Source: Sphagnum compactum (taxonomy: Eukaryota). From it: 64,000 bases of DNA. Where the stretch lies: contig OZ234493.1 of the NCBI GenBank assembly GCA_965153455.1, positions 24,542,213 to 24,606,212 on the forward strand. Reading direction: 5' to 3'. Each line of letters begins with the position of its first letter. The stretch's first letter is position 1. A model generated the notes under the pieces. It did no database searches. It saw nothing but the letters and a program-made list of their open reading frames with translations, and was not told the origin of the DNA. Positions 36,920 to 50,815 of the stretch are shown piece after piece. A program made the position numbers and the translations under genes.

Positions 36920-39900
36920 TTTTTTGGATGGCTCCTTCTTTGCATCCCCCCTCAATTCAAAATACCCCTTGTCCTCATTGTTTTGGCCTTTACACTTTAG
37001 GTGGCCTTTTGAGGCATGTCAAGAATGTTCACACTCTTGCTAGCCTCGTTTCCCAGGCTAGTGATGTTGTTTTATCTTTGTAGGTGCCCTCACTTCCTAT
37101 GCTTCTCCTTGGTTCTATTCTTTTTGCTTCTTCGAGTTGGTTTCATGTTTAGTCTAACTCCATTTTGGGGCTGTTTGAGTTTCGTTTCGTGTACCCTTAT
37201 TTGTTTCATATGATCTTTCGAGCCATTTAAGACAAGGTTAAGTAGGCTTTTTGCTTACCCCTTGATCGAATTGTTTAAGACTTGACAGACGAATTAACAT
37301 GGTTCCTTTTCCTCATGTTGTCCCATTGGTGTTTGCATTATATTAGAGAAGGTCGTTCAAGTCAATGAGAGGTTTTTGTTCGCCTTAGGAGGTTTATGGC
37401 GGGCGATTAGTCTTTTTTTCAAGAGGAGTCTTCACGTGCCTCATGTGCGCCCCGTTCTCACCATTCATGGGAAGATTCTTTGACCACTCGTTTTCGTCGA
37501 TATCTAACTTTAAGGAGAATATAGTCTTGCTGTTAAAGCTTTCTAGCCCATGACACTAGTTATTTTTTCGAAAGACACCATTGCTGCCCTGCACCAATTG
37601 CACCCCCTTCCTTCAAACCTTGTCCCTCGACCTATTTTTGACTGTCAACCTGGGCACACTTTTGTCCTGGATAGGATTCTGTTTGCCCAAGCCTTAACCA
37701 CTACTCCCCATTTGTTTTCGGGTGGGCATTTTGGGATGGTATATGAACTTTTCTCAGGATGCTTCATACCGGAGGACTCATCTTCAAGGTTTTCAGTTAT
37801 TCTAGGCTACTACTGCTGTTGCTTGTGGGAATATGTTCAGGTCGGTGGCCTTAGTGTTGGGGGTTAATAGATTGTTGGCAATGGTAAAGGACACTAGTGA
37901 TCTTCGTCCTATTGCCGTAGGTGAGGTGTTTTTTTGACTTATTAGTCGCTCCATTGCCCTATAGCTTCGAGGGTTGTTTTAGGAGCACCTATCCCCCAAT
38001 TAGTTTGGAGTATCAACCTTTGAAGGCTATGAAGTCAACGTTTTTGGCGTTTAAACCTTCTTCGACGTACACCTTGATTGGGTCATGATGTAGGTTGATG
38101 TTGAAAACACTTTTAATAACATTTTTTGAGTTGTTATTTTAGAGAGTTGTATGATGCCGAGGGCCCTTTAGTGAACATTGTCCCCTTTACCATGTTTGTT
38201 TTACGGTGCTCATTTTTCTTTTTACTACTAGCATGGGCGACATCTGGAAGGGGTCACCATTACTGAATCATTTTCAAGCATGAGGCAAGGTGGCCCCCAA
38301 GAGGTCCTTTATATGTTTTGGCCCATTATTGAACTTTCCTAGAGACCATCGCGTGGGCCCCCAACTACGTCTTTCCATCCTTAGTGATTGATACCCACAT
38401 TGTGGAGCCCATGAATGAGATTACCCACACTTTTGACCACCTAGCCCTAGTTGGGCTTAAAGTCAAAGTGTTTAGTGCAAGCTTTGGAGTTCATCAGGGA
38501 TCTCTCTAGGCATAGAGATTTTTTAGGGTTGCACTTTGGTCATAGATGGCCTACACACTTTGGGTGTGCCAATGGATTTTTAAGACTTTGCCACGCATTT
38601 TTTGGATGAGGCTTCATCTCAGGATGTGGCACATATCGATGATCTTCTTCTCCTTGGAGACACCCATGTTGTTTTGGGCATTTTGCCTTCATGTGTAGCT
38701 TATTGACCTTCTTATTTCACATGGATTATACCTCTTTTTTCTTCTTCCTGTCTTTTTTGGCGGGTTTTGATAGGAGAGTTAAACAAGTATGTGGGGACAT
38801 TATGGGTCTAGGATTGTGGGAGTTTTTTTAAGGCCCCTTAGCGAGGCATCAGGCTTGATTACCGATATCCTTTGGTGGTATAAACCTTTTTTCTATGGAG
38901 GATTGTGCCCCATTTGCTTTTTTAGGGAGTTGGACTTTGGTGGCTCCATATTTGTGCTATAGGTTTCGTACTTTCAATAGACCCATTTTGGAAGAGTATG
39001 TTTCTTAGGTTGAAAAGGGCCCACATTTACTTCAGTCATGCTTATGTGCAGTGTGAAATGGCTTTCTTCTTGCAACTAGGAAGATGCACCCTTTTTTTGA
39101 GAGTTTAATAATTACTGGCGCCCTAGGTTACAAGCATTTTTGATAAACATCCATCATGACACATCTCTTAGGTCTATCTTGGAGGATGATTCCATTTCCT
39201 CAGCATTTAGAACCCACATTCGTTCTTGTTTGAGTAAGGGGCGCAAGGCTATGGTTGGTTGCTAGGCCATCTATCCATTTGATTTGCATCACACACTCTA
39301 CTTTCACTTCAGCATTGCGTTTTCATCTTGATGTGATTCAACCCTTGGCATCTAATCTTTTCATGTGTGGATGTGGACACGGTTTGGACACACTTAACTT
39401 ATTGCCCATTTGGAGGTTAATGTATGGCCACACATGACACCATCTAAAATGTCATGTATGCCTTCGCTCAAAAGGGTGGGCATGCTATATGGAGAGAGCG
39501 ATGGTATGCCCTTACGTCAAGAGTTTCATTACAAACCGATCTTTACATGATTTAAGAGGACCAGGTCTTTGTTGATGATGTGGTGGTTAGTGGCACAATG
39601 TAGGAGATGATGGTCTTGGGTGTCATTAATCAACCAGGCGCAGCTATGGAACTTACTACCATTGCTAAGATCCAAAAGTATAGAGGGCTTCATGAGGGGC
39701 ACCATTTTATTTTGATGTCCATGGAGGTGCACGGCGCACTTGAGCGTGATATGGATTGTTTCATCATTTCCACGATAGACGATCAAGAGGTCATTTATCC
39801 TTATTTTTTTGCATTCAATTTTTTAGGCAATGTGTTAGTATTGCTCTTTAGCGTGCTTTAGCCTCTGCTATAGAAAGGAAGATTACGTTGTTGGGTGATG

Positions 39901-40130
39901 TTTGTTCTTGACCTTCCATTACCATTAGATTTCACAATTTGCATGCAGGCAACATTAGAGGGGCTATGGGTGAAAAGGCTTCCTACCACAAGAGGGATTA
40001 GCTTTCCTTTTTTTTTTGGTTCTTGCGGGCTCTGCGTCTTTTGGCCTTTCTTTGGCCTTCCCTTTTTGTCTCCCCTTTGATAGTTCTGGCCATTGATCTT
40101 TTATTGGATTTTTGTGATTTAATTAAATTA
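36920..40130 (+). mobile_element. Near full-length decayed CRE-like non-LTR retrotransposon
   Basis: LLAMVKDTSDLRPIAVGEVF, *FGVST..G, VM*VDVENTFN, RQGGP, VFPSLVIDTHI, LPISFGGI, CGCGHGLD..HL..CPFGG....THD (CCHC), DLYM...QVFVDDVVV, KIQKYRGLHEGHHFILMSMEVHG (restriction-like endonuclease). Many stops and frameshifts. Confidence 0.88.
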
Positions 40131-43100
40131 ATTAATTTTTTTAATAAGGCCTCATTAAGTGAAGAACAACCTGGAAGTCTAGCCTTGGATTGTATTTCTA
40201 TTTCTATTGTATAGTTTTAATTCTATTGTGGGTATAGGGGCTTGTAGGTATAGGGTGAGAATGTGTTTCACATTTTGTTTCATTGTTGGCAAAGCTGACA
40301 CAATTACAGAGATCATGTTAATTTAGGTCATATTTAAGACTTGATGTTTAAAAGTTGGTACTTGAAACCTGATGGATGTTTTTAATCCCTTAATAGAAAA
40401 TGACCAACTTCCTGGGATTTTTCACACTGGGGTTTCCCCTTGGGTGTGAATTTCATTAGTAGGGAGGGATCTTCTCTAATTTGGGTATTCTTCTAGATCA
40501 TGTTCAGTAAAGACTTTTGTCTTTTCCCAACTGAGAAAAGAAACAAGATTTGACTTCATTGCCAAAACAACAAAAAGAAGAAGCCACCATGCTTAGCACA
40601 CCCAAAGTATCATTTTGTCACTTGGATGGTGTGCCATAAGTATGAATTCAATTTAGACATGGGGAGGGGGGGGGGGGGGGTGATGAACTAGTCACATTGG
40701 ACTATGATGGATGAGAAAGATGTTGGGGATTTATTGCTCAACAATGGCAAAAGCACATCATCAGTATCCAAACTCCCAAAGAATGGTAGACAAGATGTTG
40801 GAGTGACAAAAGATGATGACTTCTTTTGTTAGTTTTAAAATGGAAGTTCCATTGAATGTGGAACATGTTAATGATTTTTCAAATTTAAGTAGTAGTAGTA
40901 GAAGAAGAAGTCATGGATTGCCATATTCCAACAACCCTTTTCCCAATGTGAATAGAGATTGAGGTTTGTCTATATAATTGACCTATATAATTGTGACAAT
41001 CATAAATAGGTATCTTTACAAGTTAATATCAAGATTTTACAGTTGAAGTACACAGAAGTTAGCATTGTAGAAAAGAAAACAGGAATAGCCCCAAAATGAT
41101 GACTCCAATGAGTCCAAATAAACATGAAGTATTAGGTGTAATGATAACATTATGTTATCATTTGATTCCTTGACTATGATTATCATCAATAATCAAAGCT
41201 AAGGAACAGGATACCTTCAGTTTGTTTTTTTTTTCCCTCCCTAAGTTGGAAGTGTGTTGCAAACTTGTCTAGCACAATCACCTTGGACACCATTAGGCGA
41301 CACCAAAAAGGATAGGAAAAAGAAAGAAAGATGGTTGAATGGATTAGGTCACAAAACAGACAAGGATAACCCATCATTCTATAAAATCGGGTTTTGTGAT
41401 TTTTAGGACTTTACAATTGGAAATGATCTAAATAGCTCTGCTCATATAAAACCATAGAATAATGCCAATGTTGAGAATAATGGGAAACCATGCATTCCTT
41501 TGTAATAAGAAGAACAACTCTTTAATTCTCTTTCAATTTCACAAGAAGAAGGGTGTGGCATTGGAAAAGGATTCCACATCCCAAGAAGGCATATATATGG
41601 CATAAGAAAAGGGTTCCAAAACACACAACCTTGGAGCCATGAGGAAGATATTGAGGGCCTTCTTGAGGAGCGACTCATTCACATGCTATCTCCAATAGGA
41701 GGCAATTCTTATTGCATACGGAAAAGGGGGTTCCCCTTCATGCCACCTTCAAGAGGAGACAATAGGTATGTTATAGAAACAAGAGCTTCTCTTGTTTGGT
41801 AGCCCATTGCGACCAAACCCCAATGCAATAGAATTTTCTCTCTCCTTCCAAAAAAAGTAATATAGAAAGCAAAACCCCAAACCCCAAAAATGCAATTGCT
41901 AAACCCCATTCCATTAGTATAAATTTCCCTTTTACAAAAAAAGTATTAATGAAACAAAACCCTCAATTCTAACATAAAGGTCCCATATGCTCAAATCCCA
42001 TAACATTAAAATTACATGAAATTAAAATAAATTTTTTAAAAATCAAGGCAAAGTCCCTACTCCCCTGAATCTTAAAATGTACAAAAACTCATAGAAAAAA
42101 AAGGATCTCTAAATAGTTAGAAAATTCCCCTTAAGCCTGACACCCCACCCCCTCTAACATTTAGAGGATTTCAAAATAAGGGTTCTTAAATATAAGAATT
42201 ATTCCCCTCCCCCCCCCCCCCCCCTTCCCATAAAATTTATAAAAAAAACTTATTAGTTCATGACATCTAACATTCTCATAGAATTCAACGTAATGAATTT
42301 TTTCTAAACATTAGAAAAATCCCTAAATTTCATTTTTAAAAAAATCCTTTTTAAGAAGACCCTCCCAAAACCCCCAAACCCCCTCCCCCTCCCCAAACCA
42401 CCTAAATAAATATTAATTTAAAAAAAAAACTCCCCCTTCTACTGAACCCTAAAACCCCAACGACGTGGTCTTCCCTAACCCATGCACGCTAATTAACCGT
42501 GATTAGCATTAGGGTGCCTTTTTAATCTCGTGATTAGAGATACTCACGTCCTGTGCACTCTGCGATTCCTCGAGCTTCTTCGTTTGTTTGTTTGTTTGTT
42601 TGTTGGTTTTGTTGCTGTTGCTGCTGATGCAGTGTACGGATTGCGTGATTTCCATTAACATAGTAGTGTCGCTGTTGTTGTTGCTTTGCCGCTGTCGTGT
42701 TGTGTTCCGTTGTGTTGCAGAATTGCTTTTGCAATTCTTCCAGTACTGAACCTTGTTTCTGCAAAGATTGCACAATCTCTTCTTTGCATTCGTGTGTGTA
42801 TGTGTGTGTTGTGGGTTGTTGCGGACTCGTGCTGGTGGTCTCCGTTTTGGAGAGCTGATTACTTGATTGGTTTTTTTGTTGTTGTTGTTGTTGTTTAAGG
42901 TCTTTGGTTGCTTGAAAGTGTGGAAGTCGGAGGTCCCGGAAGTAGCTTGATTGTGAGCTAAGACGACGGTCGGGAAGGCAAACTCGACGCAGACAGACGG
43001 ACAGTTCACTTGACCTGGTGGGTGTGGAAAGATTGTGTTCGTGTTCGAGAATTGATGATTTCCTGAGGTTTTGTCAGCTCTCAAAGCCCGCGCGTGCAAT

Positions 43101-43450
43101 TCGTGAGAGTTCGAGTTAGAGTTCGAGTGCTGTGGCATCATGAGGCTAATTGCGAGGATTTTCGACTGGAGCTGAACTCTGTTGCATCAGTTATCTTGTC
43201 TTGTGCGAGTGTCTTGTTTTGGAGGAAAACAAACTTATAGTAGTCGAAGAAGAGGGCGGAACTTGTACAATTCAGGCGAAATGGTGTGGAAAGAATATGA
43301 TCATCAGCTGTTACACCTGGAGCTTGAGACGCCGCGATGAGGCACCTGGGAAAGAGCTGGAGGAGAGAGCAACAGCGGATCAGACCTTAGAGAGTAACAA
43401 CTGCTTGAGGAAAACTAAGTGATCATTGACGCCGGGCAAGGACTCTAGCG

Positions 43451-44735
43451 ATGGCAGCTGGGAATGCAGGTATGTTGCGAGCGCAACAGCTGCAGGAAAA
43501 GCGGAGCGCCGCACACCACCACCACCACCATCTCAGCAGCTACTTCATGGACCGGCCTGCAGCAGCAGCAGTGGAGTGTCAGTCGAAGGACATTCGTTTC
43601 TGGACTTCACTACGCGAGTTTCTTCTTCATGTCCTCTTCCGGTGCTACGGGAAGGCAGCGCCGGGGGGCCAATCAGTCCGCACCGCCGCCACCATGTCGA
43701 AGGCTAGCAATTACAAAGTCGAGAAAGAAAGAGTCGCGGAGTCGATGCTAGGCTCCGCTGTTACCGGTACCCTCTATGGCCAAAGGTACAAAAGAACAAG
43801 CTGCAGCTGCTGCTGCAGAGCATCGTGTCTTCTTGTTGCATTTCTTTGTTTGCAGAGAAGTGCTGAACATTGTTTCTTGGTCTACAGGAAAGGGAGAGTG
43901 ACATTCTGTGTGCAAGAAGATTCCAGAAGTGCTCCTCTCTTATTACTGGAGTTTGCAATGCCCACACAATCCCTGGTCCGCGAGATGTCTACTGGTCTTC
44001 TGCGAATCGCTTTGGAATGTGAGAAATCCAACAAGAACGCCTGCAAGGACTTGAAAGCAGGCGGCCTCTTCGCAGAGCCTGTATGGACGATGTTCTGCAA
44101 CGGCCGCAAGGTGGGTAGCTCAGGGACTGGTGTTCTCATCAGGATGGATTTGGATGTTTTTTTTTCTTCTTCTTGTGTTCCAAGAGTACACTATTGTGTA
44201 ATATGTGCCATGACCTAGTGTCTCAAGTTGCAATTTCTTGTGTACTATATGTCCCACAATAAACGTCACATATTGTACATCGTAATGAATGAAATTATAC
44301 AGTTTACCTCACACAAGTGTCATTAGTCGTGGTTTTTTATGTGTGATAAAACCCACTTTCTCTTGTTGTGGTACTCAATGTCTGATTGCTTGCTGGAACT
44401 GAATTGCATGCCCCTTTCTCTGTTCATGTTTGTGTGCTGCAATGCAGGTGGGTTTTGCAATCAAGCGACAACTTGTCGATGCAGATAGGGATGTGTTGGG
44501 TGTGATGCAATCGGTGACGATGGGTGCTGGTGTCATCCCAGCAGCTGTAGCCCAAGAGGCTACCTGCAAACAAGCCGTCGTTCTCAAACGTGACTCCGAC
44601 GATGATCAGGCCATCATGTACATGCGAGCGCGATACGAAAGAGTAGCGGGTTCTCCTGACAATCTCTCCTTCCACATGATCAATCCCAATGGATCCCCGG
44701 GTCAGGAGCTCAGCATCTTCTTCATTCGCATGTGA
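43451..44735 (+). CDS. MIZ1: MIZU-KUSSEI 1-like protein (DUF617), 3 exons
   Basis: Exons 43451-43785, 43888-44110 and 44448-44735 (281 aa) with GT-AG introns. Conserved VTGTLYGQRKGRVTFCVQED...LLLLEF..PT..LVREM..GLLRIALEC, PVWTMFCNGRKVGFA, VTMGAGVIP, MYMRARYERVAGS.D..SFHMINPNG..GQELSIFFIR. Orthology versus paralogy not resolved. Confidence 0.92.
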
Positions 44736-44889
44736 AAGAAAGGATCAACACCCCCCTGAGAAATCTTTCCTCGCCCACAAACACATGCATGCAGAGAAGA
44801 CATGATTCTGAGATGCGTTTAGGGTTTGTTTAGGGTTTTAGGGCTTGTGTGTGTGGTGTGATGAGAGCTCTGGTTCCTCTCAGGTTTCA

Positions 44890-45280
44890 GCATGAAAGTC
44901 TGGTTTGGTTGAGTGCAGACCAAACTTGGTCTCTACCAGACTAAAGTGGGCTTTACAATATGGGCTTACAATGTGAGTGGAGACCAAACTGGGTCTTTAC
45001 CTGTAGATTAAAATGTGCTTTACAATATGACACTAAACATGGGTTGTTCCTCTCTAGTTTCAAGTATGAAGGGTTGATTGAGTGGAGATCAAAGTGGTCT
45101 TTACAAGGGTTGAATGAGTGCAGATCAAACTGGTCTTTTATCGGACCAAGTGTACTTTACAAGGTTTTATTTGAAAGGCAATCAAACTGGTCTTTTATCA
45201 GACAAAGTGGTGTAAATACAAGTGTTGATTGAGTGGAGATGAAAGTGCTCTTTTGTCACACAAAGTGATCTTTTACAATA
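44890..45280. repeat. Degenerate tandem repeat downstream of the MIZ1-like gene
   Basis: Recurrent TTGAGTG(C/G)AGA(C/T)CAAA..GGTCTTT(T)AC...AAAGTG..CTTTACAA units. Confidence 0.75.
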
Positions 45281-46623
45281 TTCACTGAGTCTTCACTGAG
45301 TCCACCTATTACAAAGGAGGGGGACAATTGGCTAAGAATTATGTGAGAATGAAAGACTTAAGTGATGGAGTGAGCCCATGCACTTCCATTGTGCACCACC
45401 AGACAACACTCCCTTTTCCATCTCTTAACATCATCATCTGTGGAGGTTCACTTCCAGGGTTTGGATATGGATATGGTTATTTAATGACCTCACCTTTCAT
45501 AATGTTGTAATGGTTATTGAATAATATGTTCTTCCAGATAGAATGTTGCAGCCATGAAATGTCATTCTTGGGACAGTAGAAACCTCACCCAATGCACATA
45601 TGGTTTGCTAGACAGGTTCAAGGACAGTGACTCTTTGTACCCACTTTAAGAATCTGCCAAAACTGTGAAAATGCATGAGGATTCATTCAGAATGCTGCTT
45701 TTGATAAAGAGCAATACAACTTGAATGGACGAAAAATTGAAAGTCAAAAACAGAAACACATTTTTATATGTTTACATGTGTCTCTGTAGATCTCACTTAC
45801 AGGGGATACAATAGTAGTTGAATCTATTCGGGAAAAACCCAAACCTAAACAAGTTTGAGTTCAAATTCCACACTCCACATTTTCAACGCATTTTATATGA
45901 CCCATTTTTACTAATTGATTTGAAAGCTTGTAATTATGCCTATATTTATTGGCTAAAACAACAGAACTCACCTCTAATCTTGCTTTCGTTTTCTTTCTCA
46001 GGGACACAAATTTTCACTTCCACAATTTCACCATATCGATTGCACCCTCTTGAACATCATCAACAACGGAAGAAACCACAAATTGTGTTCAGTTCCACAT
46101 GGCTTCTGCTAATGCACAATATCAAATTGTACAGAATTAGAAATATGCATTACATAGATATTGTACTCTGGTTCATCTTCTAAATTTTGAGATGCATTGT
46201 TTAGAGCTTGTGGCACACTTACAGGCTCTCCAAAATTCATATTTCTATTGCTGATTGTGAGAGACTAAGTTTTTTTTGCACAACATCCACTAGCTGCCAT
46301 GATGCCTTCATCCCTTCAAAAGCCCATCTGTTTCTCCAAACCTCCTATATCACCACCTCCACTTGCAGGGGTAACAACTGCTGTCATCTCTTGATGGTTG
46401 TTACGAGGACTCTACTACAAACACCCCAAATACCCCAAAGGATTGAAGCTGGACCAATTTTTTCAAAAGATCTAAGTTCCAATTTAGGGTTAGGGGTTTT
46501 GAGAGTTGAATTAAAGGGTGGCAAGACACACATTTCAAAGTTCGCATACAAGTGCATGAGACATGAAAACACAAAACCAATTTGCATTAAAAAAATGGTG
46601 TTGATCATCGTATCACAAACCTA

Positions 46624-46867
46624 ACCCCTCCATGTATCTATGCTTTTACAACACTTTAATAATAATATGTTCTATGTTAAATGTTAGTGAAATGTTTATC
46701 AATCATTGATTTGATGTTGTAATGACATTGCAATACAATGATCATTCATCACAATGTGTTACAATGTCATTACAACATCATATCAATGATTGCATCAACA
46801 CTTCATTTAGCATTTAATCTTGAACACATTGTTAAAATGTTCTAAAAGCATAGATACATGGAGGGAG
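46624..46867. mobile_element. Stowaway-like (Tc1/mariner) foldback MITE
   Basis: CCCTCCATGTATCTATGCTTTTA...TAAAAGCATAGATACATGGAGGGAG, self-complementary along nearly its whole length, with TA on the left flank. Confidence 0.8.
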
Positions 46868-48033
46868 CAAGTTTGTGTGACATTAGAAACTATTAATGTA
46901 TTTTAGAACTTAAAAGTAGATTATATCCTAGGGAGGTCACTTCTTGTATATTTTTGGAAGCACATAAGATAAAAGGATGTTTTTTAGTTTGCTATGAAAT
47001 AATGACATAATATGAGTATGTTTTTAGATTTACTATACAATTTTCAAGTAAAGTCAAACATTTTTTTACTCATCCCAAATTGGCATACACATGTCTATGT
47101 TGTTAATCAAGAGAAAACGTGTTCTTCATATAGCCTGTGAAATGAGATTCAAAGACAAAACATATTGGTTAAATCTTTTATTTGCACCTTAGTTTTAAAT
47201 TGAGATGCAACTAAACCTTTTCAAAAGTCAACTTTAATTAGTAATATCTTTATCATATTATGTCCAAATGAAAGGATTTAAACTTCATTTTGGAAGGTTT
47301 TCCAAAATTTACACACAAAAATAATAAAATGATCAAAAAAAAATTTGAATTGAAAAAAATTACATGTAAATTTGCTTTTCAATTCACTTCCACAACAATG
47401 TTCTGATGACATTATTATTTTTTTAACCATCATTATCTATGTCATATTTTGTCCCAATGAAACAAAATTTTAAAAATATGATTTTTTTTTGTATTACATA
47501 GTACATGTTAATTATGAAATTTAATACAAATAGTTCATAATATGACGTATCAACATATAATAACGTTATCTCAAAACATTCAATGTTACATAATACATTT
47601 ACAAAATACAATACATTTAAATATGGTATACCAAATACATACACATTAATTTTTAATTATATTATATTATTCACAAATATTTTTTATTAATATAGTATAT
47701 AATAAATAAATACTATCATATAGTATATAAGTGATCTTATATGATAAAATATTGGATCAAAAAAAATATATTTGCATGGATGAATATTATGTTTTTAATT
47801 TTCATCAAGTGAAGCCCACAATAAAATATTATTTAGAAAAATATATATCTAAATGGAATATGTAAATTTAATAATGATTTTTAGAATGAAATCTATTTCA
47901 TTTTATTTAAGTAAAAATATATTGATTTTTTAGTATTTAAATAGTACTTAAATTATATAATTATCATTAATATGCTAGTTGATAATATAAGATATTAAAA
48001 TTAAAATATTAATAATATTCCAATTCATTAATA

Positions 48034-48475
48034 CTAGTGTGGCATGTGTTGTTGGCCCAAGTGTTACCACGTCCTCAATTGATTTTTCCTTCCAAAACCA
48101 GGTTTTTTGGAATTTATTTGAAGTTTTCATGAGTAGAAATCACTTTTAAACTAATATTTCCCTTATTTTGAATCCAAATCTTACCAAATAAATTCCATTA
48201 AATCTTGTTAATCAAGATCTTTCCAATAACACCAAAGGTACATTCCAATTCCTCCGAAAATTTCAGCTAGGATTTAATTTAATTTTCAATGAAAATATCA
48301 TTCAATATTCAAGAACTTCTACAACACAAGTCCAAACACCATGAAACCAAGCTAGTGCACCCCTCCTCCTCGAGAGCTTTCCAAAGAGACCAAGAACGCA
48401 ATATGAAGCATTCTAATTCAGTGGATCTCATTGGTACAAAAGAAAACAAACAAACTACCTTGCTTCATAAATAGA
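48034..48475 (-). mobile_element. Non-autonomous Helitron
   Basis: On the minus strand it begins A|TCTATTTATGAAG and ends ...GGGCCAACAACACATGCCACACTAG|T: TC...CTAG termini in an AT target with a GC-rich subterminal segment. Confidence 0.7.
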
Positions 48476-50542
48476 TTAAGGATTAATAAAATTTTAAATT
48501 TTAAAATAAAATTTCCATTTTTATTTTCATTTGGTTTCAAAATAACGAAATATGTTAATTAACTATAAATCAATTCATATGATAAAATATTAAAATACTT
48601 TATAAATTATTACTTAACATAGATTAATTTTTATATTGTATTACATTATGTTTGTCAAATATATATATATGTATAGTAATAAATGTAATCACCCAAATAA
48701 GTATAATGTTTTGCATTATATTGCAATATGTTATTTATAACATACTATACTAAATATATGTTTATATTAAATATATATCAAATCATATGATTAAGATTGG
48801 ATTTTCATCTTTTTATTTTTAAAAATGTCTTTATAGTGTAATAAATGAAGGCCCAAAATAAAATATGATAATTAAGTTCAAGACTATATTTAAAATAAAC
48901 TACTAAATTAGTTATAAGTTGGTTTAAATCACCATCTAATATGTCCTATTATAACTAATTGATGCGATAAAAGGTTATAGTAAATAATCTTACACATTAT
49001 AAATTAATTATATGAAATAATGATTAATATAAAATTTTATATAATATTGACATTATCAACTTAATAGTACCAAAAATAACTTTAGTAAATTATTTTGATT
49101 ATAAATGAATGTGTAGTTGAAGTTTCATTCAAGGTGAAATGAAATTAAGGCATGATAAATTTAGTTCACTTTTACAAATTTAGGTTATTAGATTTGGATT
49201 CATTATGTACTAGTGGTGGTAGACATTTATATATTATATCATAGTTTGACCATGTCAACACATTCATAAATGCTTGGTCAAAGCAATGTGTTTTGATGGG
49301 GTAGAGGTAGTCATATAAATCAAAATACATATAATTTCACAAGTCTAGGGAATTGAACTTGATCACCATCACAATCACAAATCAAGTCTTTAACCATCTA
49401 ACCACAACTTCAACTTAAGAAGATAATGTCGATGCAAATATCTCAAAACAATGTCCATTTCAAATTGCATATACTATGATATAATTATGTATTAATTTCT
49501 CATCTTAAGTTCACCATTGCATTTAATGTAAGTTTTTTATTTTCATAATCCTATAATTATATAGCAATTTCAATTTCAAATGAAAGTATTTATCTCAAAA
49601 TTTAGAATTTAATCTCTAATTTCAAAATGTCAGTTTTAAGTGGAAGAAATGAAAGCCTTTAGACTCTTGAAGAAACAAAAGATGCGAAAAGTTGTTTTTT
49701 GTAATCACTGATTCTGGAAGTTATAGACTTTTTTTGTTGTTAAAATCACTGAACCCATTTTCTCTTTCATGCAAATTGTTGGTTCAACAAAGTCAACAAG
49801 ATATGAATGATATGAGAGGATGGGTTAGCTGATATAAAAAGTAATGAGATGAAGGTTCATTTGCTGAGGAAAAATAAGAGTACATGATATTTTGTAACAT
49901 AGTTGGTCTTTTCATATCTAGTTCAATACATTGTGCTAGTATAATGTTGGATCCGTAATGGAGAAGGTTAGCAGGAGAAAGATAGAAAAATAGTGAAATG
50001 GCTCTTCATAGTGAGAGATACATTCTTTATTGACATATGTGAGCTAGCTAAAATCGAATAGCAATTAACTCTATATAGACATATATAAGGGTTGGTTTCA
50101 GATCTTGTTGCCTTTCTTGTTGCCAAGGAAATGCTAAGACATATGTGGTGAGATTTTTTTGGTTCTTAAAATACTTGAACTGTTGATATTTGCCATGATA
50201 ATCCTACCCCAAGTGACTTCAATTTGCATGCAAGAAAAACTGGGATAACTTTGATTTTTATTCATAACAAGTGATGGCATAGACTACTTGCAGATAGAAG
50301 TGCAGGTCTAGATTTTTAAACTCAGTGGTTTACAAATGAAGGAAAAGGTTTCTGACCCAAAAGCAATTTATTAGAGTTTGTAGAATGATTAAGCAATGAA
50401 GAAGAGGAATGACAATTTAGGGAAATAGGGAATTATATACATTGAATTTCTATATATCTTGGATGTGTTTTTTTTTTTTTGTGTGTGACCATTTTCAAGT
50501 ACACGTATTTTCTATTCTAGTTCCCAGCAGGTCCAAAGTTCA

Positions 50543-50578
50543 AACCAGTGTTGGGCATTAGGTAGCCCAACACTGGTT
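50543..50578. repeat. Perfect 14-bp palindromic hairpin made of hAT-MITE-like termini
   Basis: AACCAGTGTTGGGC-ATTAGGTA-GCCCAACACTGGTT. Confidence 0.85.
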
Positions 50579-50627
50579 GAGGAGGTGACGATCTCTCCTA
50601 ACTCAGCTGCTGGGTGTGATTGTTACA

Positions 50628-50815
50628 CGAGAATTAGTGAGATTTGATGGATGAATTTTGTAATGGTGTGATTTTTCAGCTGTATTCTAAAATCATCAAT
50701 CAATCCCATCACTGCCAGGTAACATGAGAATTAGTGAGATTTTGTTGGATGCATTTTGTAATGGTTTGATTTTTCAGCTGTATTCTAGAATCATCAATCG
50801 ATCTGCCAGGTAACG
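50628..50815. repeat. Tandem duplication of a ~97-bp unit
   Basis: GAGAATTAGTGAGATTT...TTTTCAGCTGTATTCTA...CTGCCAGGTAAC occurs twice. Confidence 0.85.

Noticed and set aside
42509-43141. 210-aa minus-strand ORF
   Set aside because: Low-complexity translation of the microsatellite-rich leader region of the MIZ1-like gene.
49340-49410. tRNA gene on the minus strand (similar motif at ~4710-4790)
   Set aside because: Only degenerate A/B boxes and broken stems; likely tRNA-derived repeat fragments.
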